Shown here: positions 11,150-21,363 of the stretch, in pieces
Numbering within the stretch: position 1 is the first letter of the stretch
Layout: each line of letters starts with the position of its first letter
Assembly: GCF_011386835.1 (NCBI RefSeq)
Contig: NC_088810.1
Location: 1,488,001-1,552,000, forward strand
Direction: 5' to 3'
Source of the DNA: Chrysemys picta bellii
Lineage: Eukaryota
DNA: 64,000 nucleotides
Translations under genes and position numbers: made by a program
Notes under the pieces: generated by a model
Database searches by the model: none
The model's input: only the letters and a program-made list of their open reading frames with translations
What the model was told of the DNA's origin: nothing

Positions 11150-11900
11150 TGTGACCCCCCCCCGGCCCCCTGCAGCCCCCGATCCGCCCCCCCTCCCTTG
11201 CACCCCCATCCTCCCCCCGAGCCGCCCCGTGCACCTCCGATCTGCCCCCTGCAGGCCCCGATCTGCCCCCCGCTCCCCGTGCACCCCCGCCCCATCCCCT
11301 GCACCCCCCATCCTCCCCCCGAGCTGCCCCCTGCACCCCCCGTCTGTCCCCTGCCCCATGCACCCCCGATCCGCCCCCTGCATCCCCTGATCCCTCCCCT
11401 GCACCCCCTCTGGCCACCCCCTTCACCCCCCTCCCCATGCACTCCCTGATCCATCCCCTGCACCCTCCTCCGTCCCCTGCACCCCCTCTGTGCGCCCCCA
11501 TCATCCCCCTCCCCATGCACCCCCGCCCCATCCCCTGCCCTATGCACCCCCCATCCTCCCCCCGCCCCGTGCACCTCCGATCCACCCCCTGCATCCCCTC
11601 TGTCTGCCCACTTCACCCCCTTCCCGTCCCCTGCACCCCCTGATCCACGCCCTTCACCCCCCACCCCGCCTCCTGCACCCCTTTCCCGTCCCCTGCACCC
11701 CCAATCCACCCCATGCACCCCCCAATCTGTCCCCCTTTGCCCTCCGCCCCGCTTCCTGCGCCTCCCCATGCATTCCCCTGCACCCCCCGATCCATCCCCC
11801 TGCACCTCCCGATCCGCCCTATGCACCCCCTCCGTCCCCCTTCGCCCCCTGTCCATGACCCCTGATCCATCCCCCTGCACTCTCCTCTGTCTGTCCCCGT
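11150..11900 (+). repeat. C-rich degenerate low-complexity repeat (cccctgcacccc) in IRGQ intron 1
   Basis: Direct inspection; it explains several spurious Pro/Gly-rich ORFs. Confidence 0.85.
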
Positions 11901-12102
11901 GTACCCCCAATGTACCCCCCTCGGTTTATCTGTCCCTGTGCACATCTCTCCATCTGGTTCAGGAGGGGGCTGGGGTATTGGGATGGGCTGGGATCAGGGC
12001 GGGGTGGGGCAGGGGCAGGAGGGGGTGGGGGCAGGAGGCAGACCCCCGGAGCCACGCCCCCCCCCCGACAATCACTTCTCTTTCTGTCTCCGCAGCACCC
12101 AG

Positions 12103-14492
12103 ATGAACGAAGCCCCAGACCCCGAAATGCCCCCGCAGCCCCCGGTGGACACCTCGCCGGGCTCCCCGGACCGGGGCGACGTCTCGGTGGTGATCGTGGG
12201 GGCGCCGGGCTGCGGCAAGTCGGCCCTGCTCAACGCCGCGCGGGGCCTGGTGGAGGACGACGCCCGCGCGGCCCCGCTGGGGGCCCCGGCGAGCTCCGGG
12301 GGGCCCGTGCTGTACCCCGACCCGGCCCGGCCCAACCTGCTGCTCTGGGAGCTGCCCCTGACAGAGGGCGAGGGGCCGGAGCGCTGGCTGGCCGAGGGGG
12401 ACGTGGTGCTCCTGGCCACCGACGGGCTATTCGGTGCCAGCCATGCCCGCCTGGCCCAGGAGGCCCGCGGCGCCGGCAAGACGGTGCATTTCGCCCGCAC
12501 CAAGGCTGACCTGGACCTGCACACCCTCCGGCGGCTCCTGGGAGAGCGCTACGACCGGGCCCAGGCCCTCGACGCCCTCCGGGCCGCCTGCACCCAGTCC
12601 CTGGTGGCCCATGGCCTCGGGGAGCCCCTGCCTGTCGTCTTCCTCGTCTCCGGCCACGAGCCCCGAGAGCTGGACGGTCCCCTGCTGCGCCAGGCTCTGG
12701 TGGGAGACGTCAGGATGTACGAGAGGTGCGGCTTGTTTATTGTAGGGTCTCTCAGGTGGGCCGCTGTTGTGGGGATGCTCGGGAGAGGTAGGGCTGGTTT
12801 GTTATTGTGGGGTTTCTTAGGGAGACGAGTGTGGTTGCTGCGGGCGGAAGGGCCTCAGGTGGGGTGATATTGTAGGGTCTCTTTGGAGGGCTGCATGCAG
12901 TGTTTGTTATTGTAGGGTCTTTTGGTGGGTTCATTTTATAGGGTCTCAGGTGGTTTGTTATTGTAGGGTCTCCCAGAATCCCCAACACCCAGCCTGTCCC
13001 TCCATGTCTCACCCTCACTAGTCCCCCCCACTCCTCATCCCGTGTCTCCCCTGCTCTGCCTCTCCCTACTCCCGCCCCATACTCCCCGGTCCTTTCTTAC
13101 TCTGTTCAGTCCCCCCCAGCATCTCATGTCCCCTCTACCTCCCCCCCAGTATTCCCCATTGTCTTATGCCCCCGGTGCCATCTGGCATCTCACACTTTCT
13201 GTGCGCTCCCCCCCACCGGTGACCCCCATTGTCTCACGCCCCCGTGCCCCCTGGTGCCCCCATTGTCTCACGCCCACTGTGCCCGTAGGGTGCTGCGCCC
13301 CACGCTCTCCGGATTTGAGCAGATCAGCGAGCGGGAGGTGGCCGAGATTCAGGAGGCCTACGAGCTGGGCGGCCTGGCGGAGGTGGTGACCCGGGTCCAG
13401 TGCAGCCTGGAGACCCTGTGGAACGCCCGGCTGGATGTGGCCGTCACGGGGGAGTCAGGGGCTGGCAAGTCCACCTTCGTCAACGCCCTGCGAGGCCTGA
13501 GTGACGAGGACGAGGGGGCGGCCCAGACCGGCGTGACCGAGACCACGGCCCAGCCCACGGCCTACCCCTATCCCGGCTACCCCAACGTGACGCTGTGGGA
13601 CCTGCCGGGCATCGGGACGCCCAGCTTCCGGGCCGACCGCTACCTCGAGGCCGTGAATTTCACTCGCTACGACTTCTTCATCATCCTGGCCTCGGAGAGG
13701 TTCAAGGAGAACCACGTCCGCCTGGCCCGGGCCATCGTGGAGCAAGGCAAACGCTTCTACTTCGTGCGCGCCAAGGTAGACAACGACCTGGAGGCCACGC
13801 GGAGGAGGAAGAACCCGCCCGAGGAAGAGGAAGTGCTGGAGGAGATCAGGAGGGATTGCCGGGAACGGCTGGGTCAGGCCGGGCTGGGCGACGCCAAGGT
13901 CTTCCTCCTCAGCAGCTTCGAGATGGAGAAATACGACTTCCAGGCCTTCGAGGACACCTTGGAGCGAGAGCTGCCCGGGCACAAGCGTCACGCCTTCCTC
14001 CTCTCCCTGCCCAACCTCTCGGGGGCCATCATCGAGAAGAAGCGGCAGCTGCTCCACCAGGAGGTCTGGAAGGTGGCCTTGGTCTCCAGCCTGGTGGCCG
14101 CCGTGCCCTTGCCGGGGCTGGCCTTCACCTGCGACGTCTCCATCCTGCTGAGGAAACTGGCCGCCTACCGGCAGGATTTCGGGCTGGACGCGGCCTCCCT
14201 GGCCCGGCTGGCGGAGAGGGCCGGGAAGCCGCTGGAGGTGCTGCGGGCCGAGGTGCGCAGCGTGCTCGGGCGCAGCATCAACAAGGAGGTGGTGATCGGG
14301 CTGCTGGGGAAGGCCACCGGCGGGGGCTTGGTGGTGGTCAACTTCTTCTTCCACCGGATCCCCATCTACGGGGCGCTGGCCTCCGGGGGCATCTCCTTCC
14401 ACACCACCTACTCCATGCTCAGCCAGTGCCTGGAGGAGCTGGCGGCCGACTCCCAGCGGGTTCTCGTCAAGGCCTTCGACAGCGAGGTCTAA
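12103..14492 (+). CDS. IRGQ: IRGQ orthologue, tandem double-domain IRG, 608 aa; coding exons 12103-12725 and 13289-14492
   Basis: Acceptor CGCAG at 12094/5. The donor AG|GTGCGG (12726) and acceptor CGTAG|G (13287/8) join in phase 2 (Arg); 623+1204 = 1827 nt. RGDVSVVIVGAPGCGKSALL resembles recalled human IRGQ QGDVTALFLGPPGLGKSALI, and GFEQISEREVAEIQEAYELGGL resembles GFEVLGAAELEAVREAFETGGL. Domain 2 has GESGAGKS, TGVTETT, DLPG and AKVD. Syntenic with ZNF576 and PINLYP-like genes. Confidence 0.85.
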
Positions 14493-14785
14493 GGGGGCTT
14501 CCAGCCAAGCTTGGGGATCCCCTCCCGCAGCTAAGGCAGAACGGCCGTGTTCTTGTAGGGTCTCTCAGGCGGGCTGGGGGCCGCGTGCATTGCTTGGTTA
14601 TTGTAGGGTCTCCTGAAAGGGGCCTCCACGCCCAGTCCTCTCCCGAAATCTCTGGTCCCTCCCCCCCGCCCTGTATTCCCATAGCTACTCTCTCAGCACA
14701 GCCACCCTTATAGTGACCCCCCCGCTGGGTCAATCGGCCGAAGCGCCACTGTAGTCAATGGGGCCAGTTCCCCAGCTGGCCCTGA

Positions 14786-16370
14786 TGCCCCAGGGCGGCG
14801 CTAGGGGGCGCTGTGCCGCAGGGAGCGGGGTGGGGGCTCTCCCCCGGTGCCCCAGGGCGGCGCTAGGGGGCGCTGTGCCGCAGGGAGGGGGGTGGGGGCT
14901 CTCCCCCGGTGCCCCAGGGCGGCGCTAGGGGGCGCTGTGCCGCAGGGAGCGGGGTGGGAGCTCTCCCCCGGTGCCCCAGGGCGGCGCTAGGGGGCGCTGT
15001 GCCGCAGGGCGCGGGGTGGGGGCTCTCCCCCGGTGCCCCAGGGCGGCGCTAGGGGGCGCTGTGCCGCAGGGAGCGGGGTGGGGGCTCTCCCCCGGTGCCC
15101 CAGGGCGGCGCTAGGGGGCGCTGTGCCGCAGGGAGGGGGGTGGGGGCTCTCCCCCGGTGCCCCAGGGCGGCGCTAGGGGGCGCTGTGCCGCAGGGCGCGG
15201 GGTGGGGGCTCTCCCCCGGTGCCCCAGGGCGGCGCTAGGGGGCGCTGTGCCGCAGGGAGGGGGGTGGGGGCTCTCCCCCGGTGCCCCAGGGCGGCGCTAG
15301 GGGGCGCTGTGCCGCAGGGCGCGGGGTGGGGGCTCTCCCCCGGTGCCCCAGGGCGGCGCTAGGGGGCGCTGTGCCGCAGGGAGGGGGGTGGGGGCTCTCC
15401 CCCGGTGCCCCAGGGCGGCGCTAGGGGGCGCTGTGCCGCAGGGAGGGGGGTGGGGGCTCTCCCCCGGTGCCCCAGGGCGGCGCTAGGGGGCGCTGTGCCG
15501 CAGGGAGCGGGGTGGGGGCTCTCCCCCGGTGCCCCAGGGCGGCGCTAGGGGGCGCTGTGCCGCAGGGCGCGGGGTGGGGGCTCTCCCCCGGTGCCCCAGG
15601 GCGGCGCTAGGGGGCGCTGTGCCGCAGGGCGCGGGGTGGGGGCTCTCCCCCGGTGCCCCAGGGCGGCGCTAGGGGGCGCTGTGCCGCAGGGAGCGGGGTG
15701 GGGGCTCTCCCCCGGTGCCCCAGGGCGGCGCTAGGGGGCGCTGTGCCGCAGGGCGCGGGGTGGGGGCTCTCCCCCGGTGCCCCAGGGCGGCGCTAGGGGG
15801 CGCTGTGCCGCAGGGCGCGGGGTGGGGGCTCTCCCCCGGTGCCCCAGGGCGGCGCTAGGGGGCGCTGTGCCGCAGGGAGGGGGGTGGGGGCTCTCCCCCG
15901 GTGCCCCAGGGCGGCGCTAGGGGGCGCTGTGCCGCAGGGCGCGGGGTGGGGGCTCTCCCCCGGTGCCCCAGGGCGGCGCTAGGGGGCGCTGTGCCGCAGG
16001 GAGGGGGGTGGGGGCTCTCCCCCGGTGCCCCAGGGCGGCGCTAGGGGGCGCTGTGCCGCAGGGAGGGGGGTGGGGGCTCTCCCCCGGTGCCCCAGGGCGG
16101 CGCTAGGGGGCGCTGTGCCGCAGGGAGCGGGGTGGGGGCTCTCCCCCGGTGCCCCAGGGCGGCGCTAGGGGGCGCTGTGCCGCAGGGAGCGGGGTGGGGG
16201 CTCTCCCCCGGTGCCCCAGGGCGGCGCTAGGGGGCGCTGTGCCGCAGGGAGCGGGGTGGGGGCTCTCCCCCGGTGCCCCAGGGCGGCGCTAGGGGGCGCT
16301 GTGCCGCAGGGAGCGGGGTGGGGGCTCTCCCCCGGTGCCCCAGGGCGGCGCTAGGGGGCGCTGTGCTGCA
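14786..16370 (+). repeat. 26 x 62-bp near-identical GC/CpG-rich tandem array with a CTCF motif in each unit
   Basis: Unit ccccagggcgGCGCTAGGGGGCGCtgtgccgcagggagcggggtgggggctctcccccggtg. First and last units start at 14788 and 16338 (1550/62 = 25 intervals). The core matches CTCF 13/14. Confidence 0.95.
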
Positions 16371-16729
16371 GGCAGTGGAGTGGGGGGCGATTCTCCTTGC
16401 AGTTCTCCCCCCACAGCCCCCGAAATCCCCGAGGTTGCTAACACAGACCCCGTCCCTGCCCTGCCCCACGGCGGCTCCGGCTCACGCAGGGATCTTGGCG
16501 TGACGCAGGCCCAAGGACAAGGCCTCTCCTGGTCCGCGGGTGGGTCTGACCTGGCTTGTGGGGCTTGGGTCCAGTCCTGTTCCCTGGCTTTTGGGGGGCA
16601 CTGGGGCAGCACTGAAATGCGGGGGGGGTTGTTCTACAGGGGGTCCCTGACGGTCCTCGAAAGGGGCAACGTGTGTGTGTGTGTGTGGGGGGGGGGGGTC
16701 CTTCCACTGCTCTGCTAAGAACGCCCGTA

Positions 16730-17800
16730 TGGGTTTGTACCGCACCCAGCACTACCGTAATGCATCTAATAAATAGCAGTCGTGGTGTACCGCACCCAGC
16801 GCTACCGTAATGCATCTAATACAGTGGTTTTCAAACTTTTTTTTTGGCGACCCAGTTGAAGAAAACTGTTGATGCCGTGACCCAATGGAGCTGGGGATGA
16901 GGGGGTTGGGGGGTGGGAGACGCGCAGGGCTGGGGCAGGGGGTTGGGGGTGGGAGACGCGCAGGGCTGGGGCAGGGGGTTGGGGTGCAGATGTGAGGGCT
17001 GCGGGGTGGGGCAGGAGTGAGGTGCTCAGGGTGGGGGGGGGTCAGGGCTCTGGGCTGGGGCCGGGGATGAGAGGCTTGGGGTGCAGGAAGGGGTTTGGGG
17101 GGGCTCAGGGCTGGGGCAGGGCTTACCTCAGGCGGCTCCCGGTCAGCGGCACAACGGGGGCAGAGGCAGGCCTCCTGCCTGGCCTGGCATCGTGGTCTGC
17201 GCTGCTCCTCGGACGCGGCCAGCAGCAGGTCCGGCTCCTAGGCGGAGGCACGCAAGCAGCTCGGCACAGCTCCTGCCCACAGGCACCGCCCCGCTCCCCC
17301 GCTCCCATTGGCAGGTTCCTGGCCAATGGGAGAGCGGAGCCGGTGTTCAGGGCGGGGGCAGCGCATGGAGCCCCGTACCCCTCTGCCGCCCCCGCCGCCT
17401 AGGAGCCGGACCTGCTGCTGGCCGCTTCTGGGGCGCAGCGCGGTGTCAGAACAAGTAGGGACCAGCCTGTCTTAGCCGGGCAGCACCGCTGATGGGACTT
17501 TTAACGGCCCGGTAGGTGGTGCTGACCAGAGCCGCCGCGACCCGGTGCTCGGTCACGACCTGCAGTTTGAAAACCACTGACCTAATAAACAGCGATCGTG
17601 ATGTACCGCACCCAGCACTACCGTAATGCACCTAATAAACAGCCATCGTGATGTACCGCACCTATCACTACCGTAATGCACCTAATAAACAGCCATCGTG
17701 ATGTACCGCACCTATCACTACCGTAATGCACCTAATAAACAGCCATCGTGATGTACCGCACCCAGGACTACCATAATGCACCTAATAAAGAGCCATTGTG
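16730..17800 (+). repeat. 50-bp minisatellite containing AATAAA, interrupted by a MITE
   Basis: Unit gtaccgcacccagcactaccgtaatgcacctAATAAAcagccatcgtgat; about 2 units precede and 4-5 follow the MITE. Confidence 0.85.
16822..17579. mobile_element. Non-autonomous hAT (Charlie-type) MITE
   Basis: TIRs CAGTGGTTTTCAAAC...GTTTGAAAACCACTG; 8-bp TSD atctaata/acctaata (7/8). Confidence 0.88.
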
Positions 17801-17934
17801 ATGTGTGCCCCCCGCCTTCACAGGGCCTGATCCTTAGCCCCAGGGAGTCACAGAGTCTGGTGCCCGGTTCCTGTGTGTAAGATGAAGGTCACGTCACGGA
17901 GAATCCCCCCTCCCCCCAGATCTCTGCCTGGTTC

Positions 17935-20900
17935 TTCAGCCAGGACTCCTGGGTTCTCTCTGAGCTCTGGGAGGGGAGTGGGGTCTGGTGGTTAGAGCAG
18001 GGGGGGCTGGGAGCCAGGACTCCTGGGTTCTCTCTGAGCACTGAGAGGGGAGTGGGGGCTGGTGGTTAGAGCAGGGGGGGCTGGGAGCCAGGACTCCTGG
18101 GTTCTCTCTGAGCACTGAGAGGGGAGTGGGGGCTGGTGGTTAGAGCAGGGGGGGCTGGGAGCCAGGACTCCTGGGTTCTCTCGGAGCACTGAGAGGGGAG
18201 TGGGGGCTGGTGGTTAGTGTGGGGGGTCACTGGGAGGCAGGACTCCTGGGTTCTCTCGGAGCACTGGGGGCGGGGGAGGAGGAGGAGGAGGCAGGACTCC
18301 TGGGTTCTCTCTGGCACTGGGGGGGGGGGATCATTGCGCCTCAATGAACGGACCTTCCCTCAGACTCAGGCTATTTTTAGGTTGCTCTTTCCCGGGGGGG
18401 GGGGGCGGTTCTCACACATCTGCAGCCGAATTACACCCGGCCCCACATCACCGTCCCTGCCCCACTGAGCCCCCCCAGCACTGGCCCTGAAGGCCGGGGG
18501 CAGCCCCCCACTCCGCTCCCTGCAGCCCAGGGCCCCCGAGGGGATTGACATCAAGGGCCCGATCCTGCTCTGCTTCCTGCTGGACCAGTCTGCCCAGATT
18601 CTTGGCGTCACCTGCTGCAGAGCCGCCGGGCCCCTCGCGCCTGCCACGACCGGGCGCTGCTGCGGGTTTGACGTGGCACGAGGGGTCAGGGACAGCGCGG
18701 CCCAGCAGCGGCCTCCTGCCTCTGGGTGCTCAGCCAGGCCCCGTTCCACAGCCAAGTGCCCCTGCTCTAACCACTAGATCCCACTCCCCTCCCAGAGCCG
18801 GGCAGAGAACCCAGGAGTCCTGGCTCCCAGCCCCCCCTGCTCTAACCCCCAGACCCCACTCCCCTCCCAGAGCCGAGGAGAGAACCCAGGAGTCCTGGCT
18901 TCCAGCCCCCCCCCACTCTAACCACTAGATCCCACTCCCCTCCCAGAGCCGGGGAGAGAACCCAGGAGTCCTGGCTCCCAGCCCCCTGCTCTAACCACTA
19001 GCCCCCACTCCCCTCCCAGAGCCGGGCAGAGAACCCAGGAGTCCTGGCTCCCAGTCCCCCTGCTCTAACCACTAGCCCCCACTCCCCTCCCAGAGCTGGG
19101 GAGAGAACCCAGGAGTCCTGGCTCCCAGCCCCCCTGCTCTAACCACCAGCCCCCACTCCCCTCCCAGAGCCGGGGAGAGAACCCAGGAGTCCTGGCTTCC
19201 AGCCCCCCCCCCCACTCTAACCACTAGATCCCACTCCCCTCCCAGAGCCGGGGAGAGAACCCAGGAGTCCTGGCTCCCAGCCCCCTGCTCTAACCACTAG
19301 CCCCCACTCCCCTCCCAGAGCCGGGCAGAGAACCCAGGAGTCCTGGCTCCCAGTCCCCCTGCTCTAACCACTAGCCCCCACTCCCCTCCCAGAGCCGGGG
19401 AGAGAACCCAGGAGTCCTGGCTCCCAGCCCCCCTGCTCTAACCACCAGCCCCCACACCCCTCCCAGAGCCGGGGAGAGAACCCAGGAGTCCTGGCTCCCA
19501 GCCCCCCTGCTCTAACCACCAGCCCCCACTCCCCTCCCAGAGCCGGGGAGAGAACCCAGGAGTCCTGGCTCCCAGCCCCCCTGCTCTAACCACCAGCCCC
19601 CACTCCCCTCCCAGAGCCGGGGAGAGAACCCAGGAGTCCTGGCTCCCAGCCCCCCTGCTCTAACCACCAGCCCCCACTCCCCTCCCAGAGCCGGGGAGAG
19701 AACCCAGGAGTCCTGGCTCCCAGCCCCCCCTGCTCTAACCCCCAGACCCCACTCCCCTCCCAGAGCCAAGGATAGAACCCAGGAGTCCTGGCTCCCAGCC
19801 CCCCCTGCTCTAACCCCCAGACCCTACTCCCCTCCCAGAGCCAAGGATAGAACCCAGGAGTCCTGGCTCCCAGCCCCCCCTGCTCTAACCCCCAGACCCT
19901 ACTCCCCTCCCAGAGCCAAGGAGAGAACCCAGGAGTCCTGGCTCCCAGCCCCCCTGATCTAACCCACCAGCCCCCACTCCCCTCCCAGAGCGGGGGATGG
20001 AAGCCTCCATGGCATTGGCCCAGTCTGCCAGCAGCTCCCCCACCTGCCCATGGAAGGTGCCACGGGGCAGTTATGGGCCCCACCCAGGGTTCAGCACGAA
20101 AAGGTTAAACACGCCTAGGACCCGGGTTCTGTAGCTGCCTGATATAGGATCTGGGTCTAGTGGTTAGAGCAGGGGGGCAGGGAGCCAGGACTCCTGGGTT
20201 CTCTCCCCCGCTCGGGGAGGGAGGGTAGTGGGTTGGAGTTGGAGAACTAGATGGCCAGGCCTGGAGAATGACTAAGGGGCATTGAGCTGTGGGAAGGGGG
20301 TGGGGGCTGTAGGTCGGGACTGAGGGGCACCGGCGGGGGCTGTGCTAACTCCTGTGGTACAGGCCCATCGCCCCGGGCGTCAGGCCTCTTAATCTGCGGC
20401 TTCTGGATGACGCAGTCACTGCCTCTGGAACAAATCAGCCACGCAGCGAGGGGCAGCTGGTATGTCTCCGTGCACACCTAGCGCTGGGTGCAGCCAGCGC
20501 CACCGCCCAGCCCCCCGCTCTAACCACTAGACCCACTCCCCTCCCCAAGCCAGGGAGAGAACCCAGGAGTCCTGGCTCCCAGCCCCCCCCACCCCAAACT
20601 CTAACCACTAGACCCACTCCCCTCCCCAAGCCAGGGAGAGAACCCAGCCCCCCCAACTCTAACCACTAGACCCACTCCCCTCCCCAAGCCAGGGAGAGAA
20701 CCCAGCCCCCCCAACTCTAACCACTAGACCCACTCCCCTCCCCAAGCCAGGGAGAGAACCCAGGAGTCCTGGCTCCCAGCCCCCCCCCCCAACTCTAACC
20801 ACTAGGCCCCACTCCCCTCCCCAAGCCAGGGAGAGAACCCAGGAGTCCTGGCTCCCAGCCCCCCCCACCCCAAACTCTAACCACTAGGCCCCACTCCCCT

Positions 20901-21030
20901 CCCCAAGCCAGGGAGAGAACCCAGGAGTCCTGGCTCCCAGCCCCCCCCACCCCAAACTCTAACCACTAGGCCCCACTCCCCTCCCCAAGCCAGGGAGAGA
21001 ACCCAGGAGTCCTGGCTCCCAGCCTCCCCC
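17935..21030. repeat. Several arrays of the ~74-bp tRNA/SINE-head-like repeat (17935-18320 +, 18760-19990 -, 20150-20220 +, 20510-21030 -)
   Basis: Same unit as 9440-9860; orientation switches between arrays. Confidence 0.9.
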
Positions 21031-21363
21031 AACCCCAAGACCCCACTCCTCCACTGATCTTCCCTACAAAAATACCCCCAATGCTGCGAGCTTCCCCCCA
21101 GCAGTGCCATCCGCCTCCCGGACCTGTGGCGGTCGGGTTCGATCGGGGACATTCCTGTGGTGGGGCCGGGGGATTGAATTGCACGGGACGGGATGTGGGG
21201 GGGGGAACAGGTAGAGCCGGTGCCCGGGAGTTTTCCAGCCAAGCCAAGCCCAGCCCAGCCCGGGGCCGCCCCTGGGTCTGCCGGCCCGGCCCAACCCAGC
21301 CCAGTCCTATAACAGTCCCGTGAGGCAGCGCCGGCCCCACAGCCGGCCCGAGCCTGCGACAGC

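Noticed and set aside
10653-11910. Several ~300-aa Gly/Pro-rich ORFs
   Set aside because: They derive from low-complexity intronic repeats.
13254-14492. Stand-alone single-exon IRGC/IIGP5 gene
   Set aside because: The ORF-track start is a GTG with no early in-frame ATG; a strong acceptor at 13288 joins in phase to the upstream domain. The same applies to 7850-8977.
14786-16370. CRISPR-like regular array
   Set aside because: There are no unique spacers and no cas genes, and the context is vertebrate; it is a plain tandem repeat.
18540-18720. Signal-peptide-like stretch IKGPILLCFLL with nearby CC pairs
   Set aside because: There is no ATG, no convincing donor and no LU cysteine spacing; at most an unrecognisable relic.
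18760-19990. tRNA gene cluster
   Set aside because: Units are tRNA-sized and have box-like motifs, but the B-box is degenerate and no cloverleaf or acceptor stem is evident.
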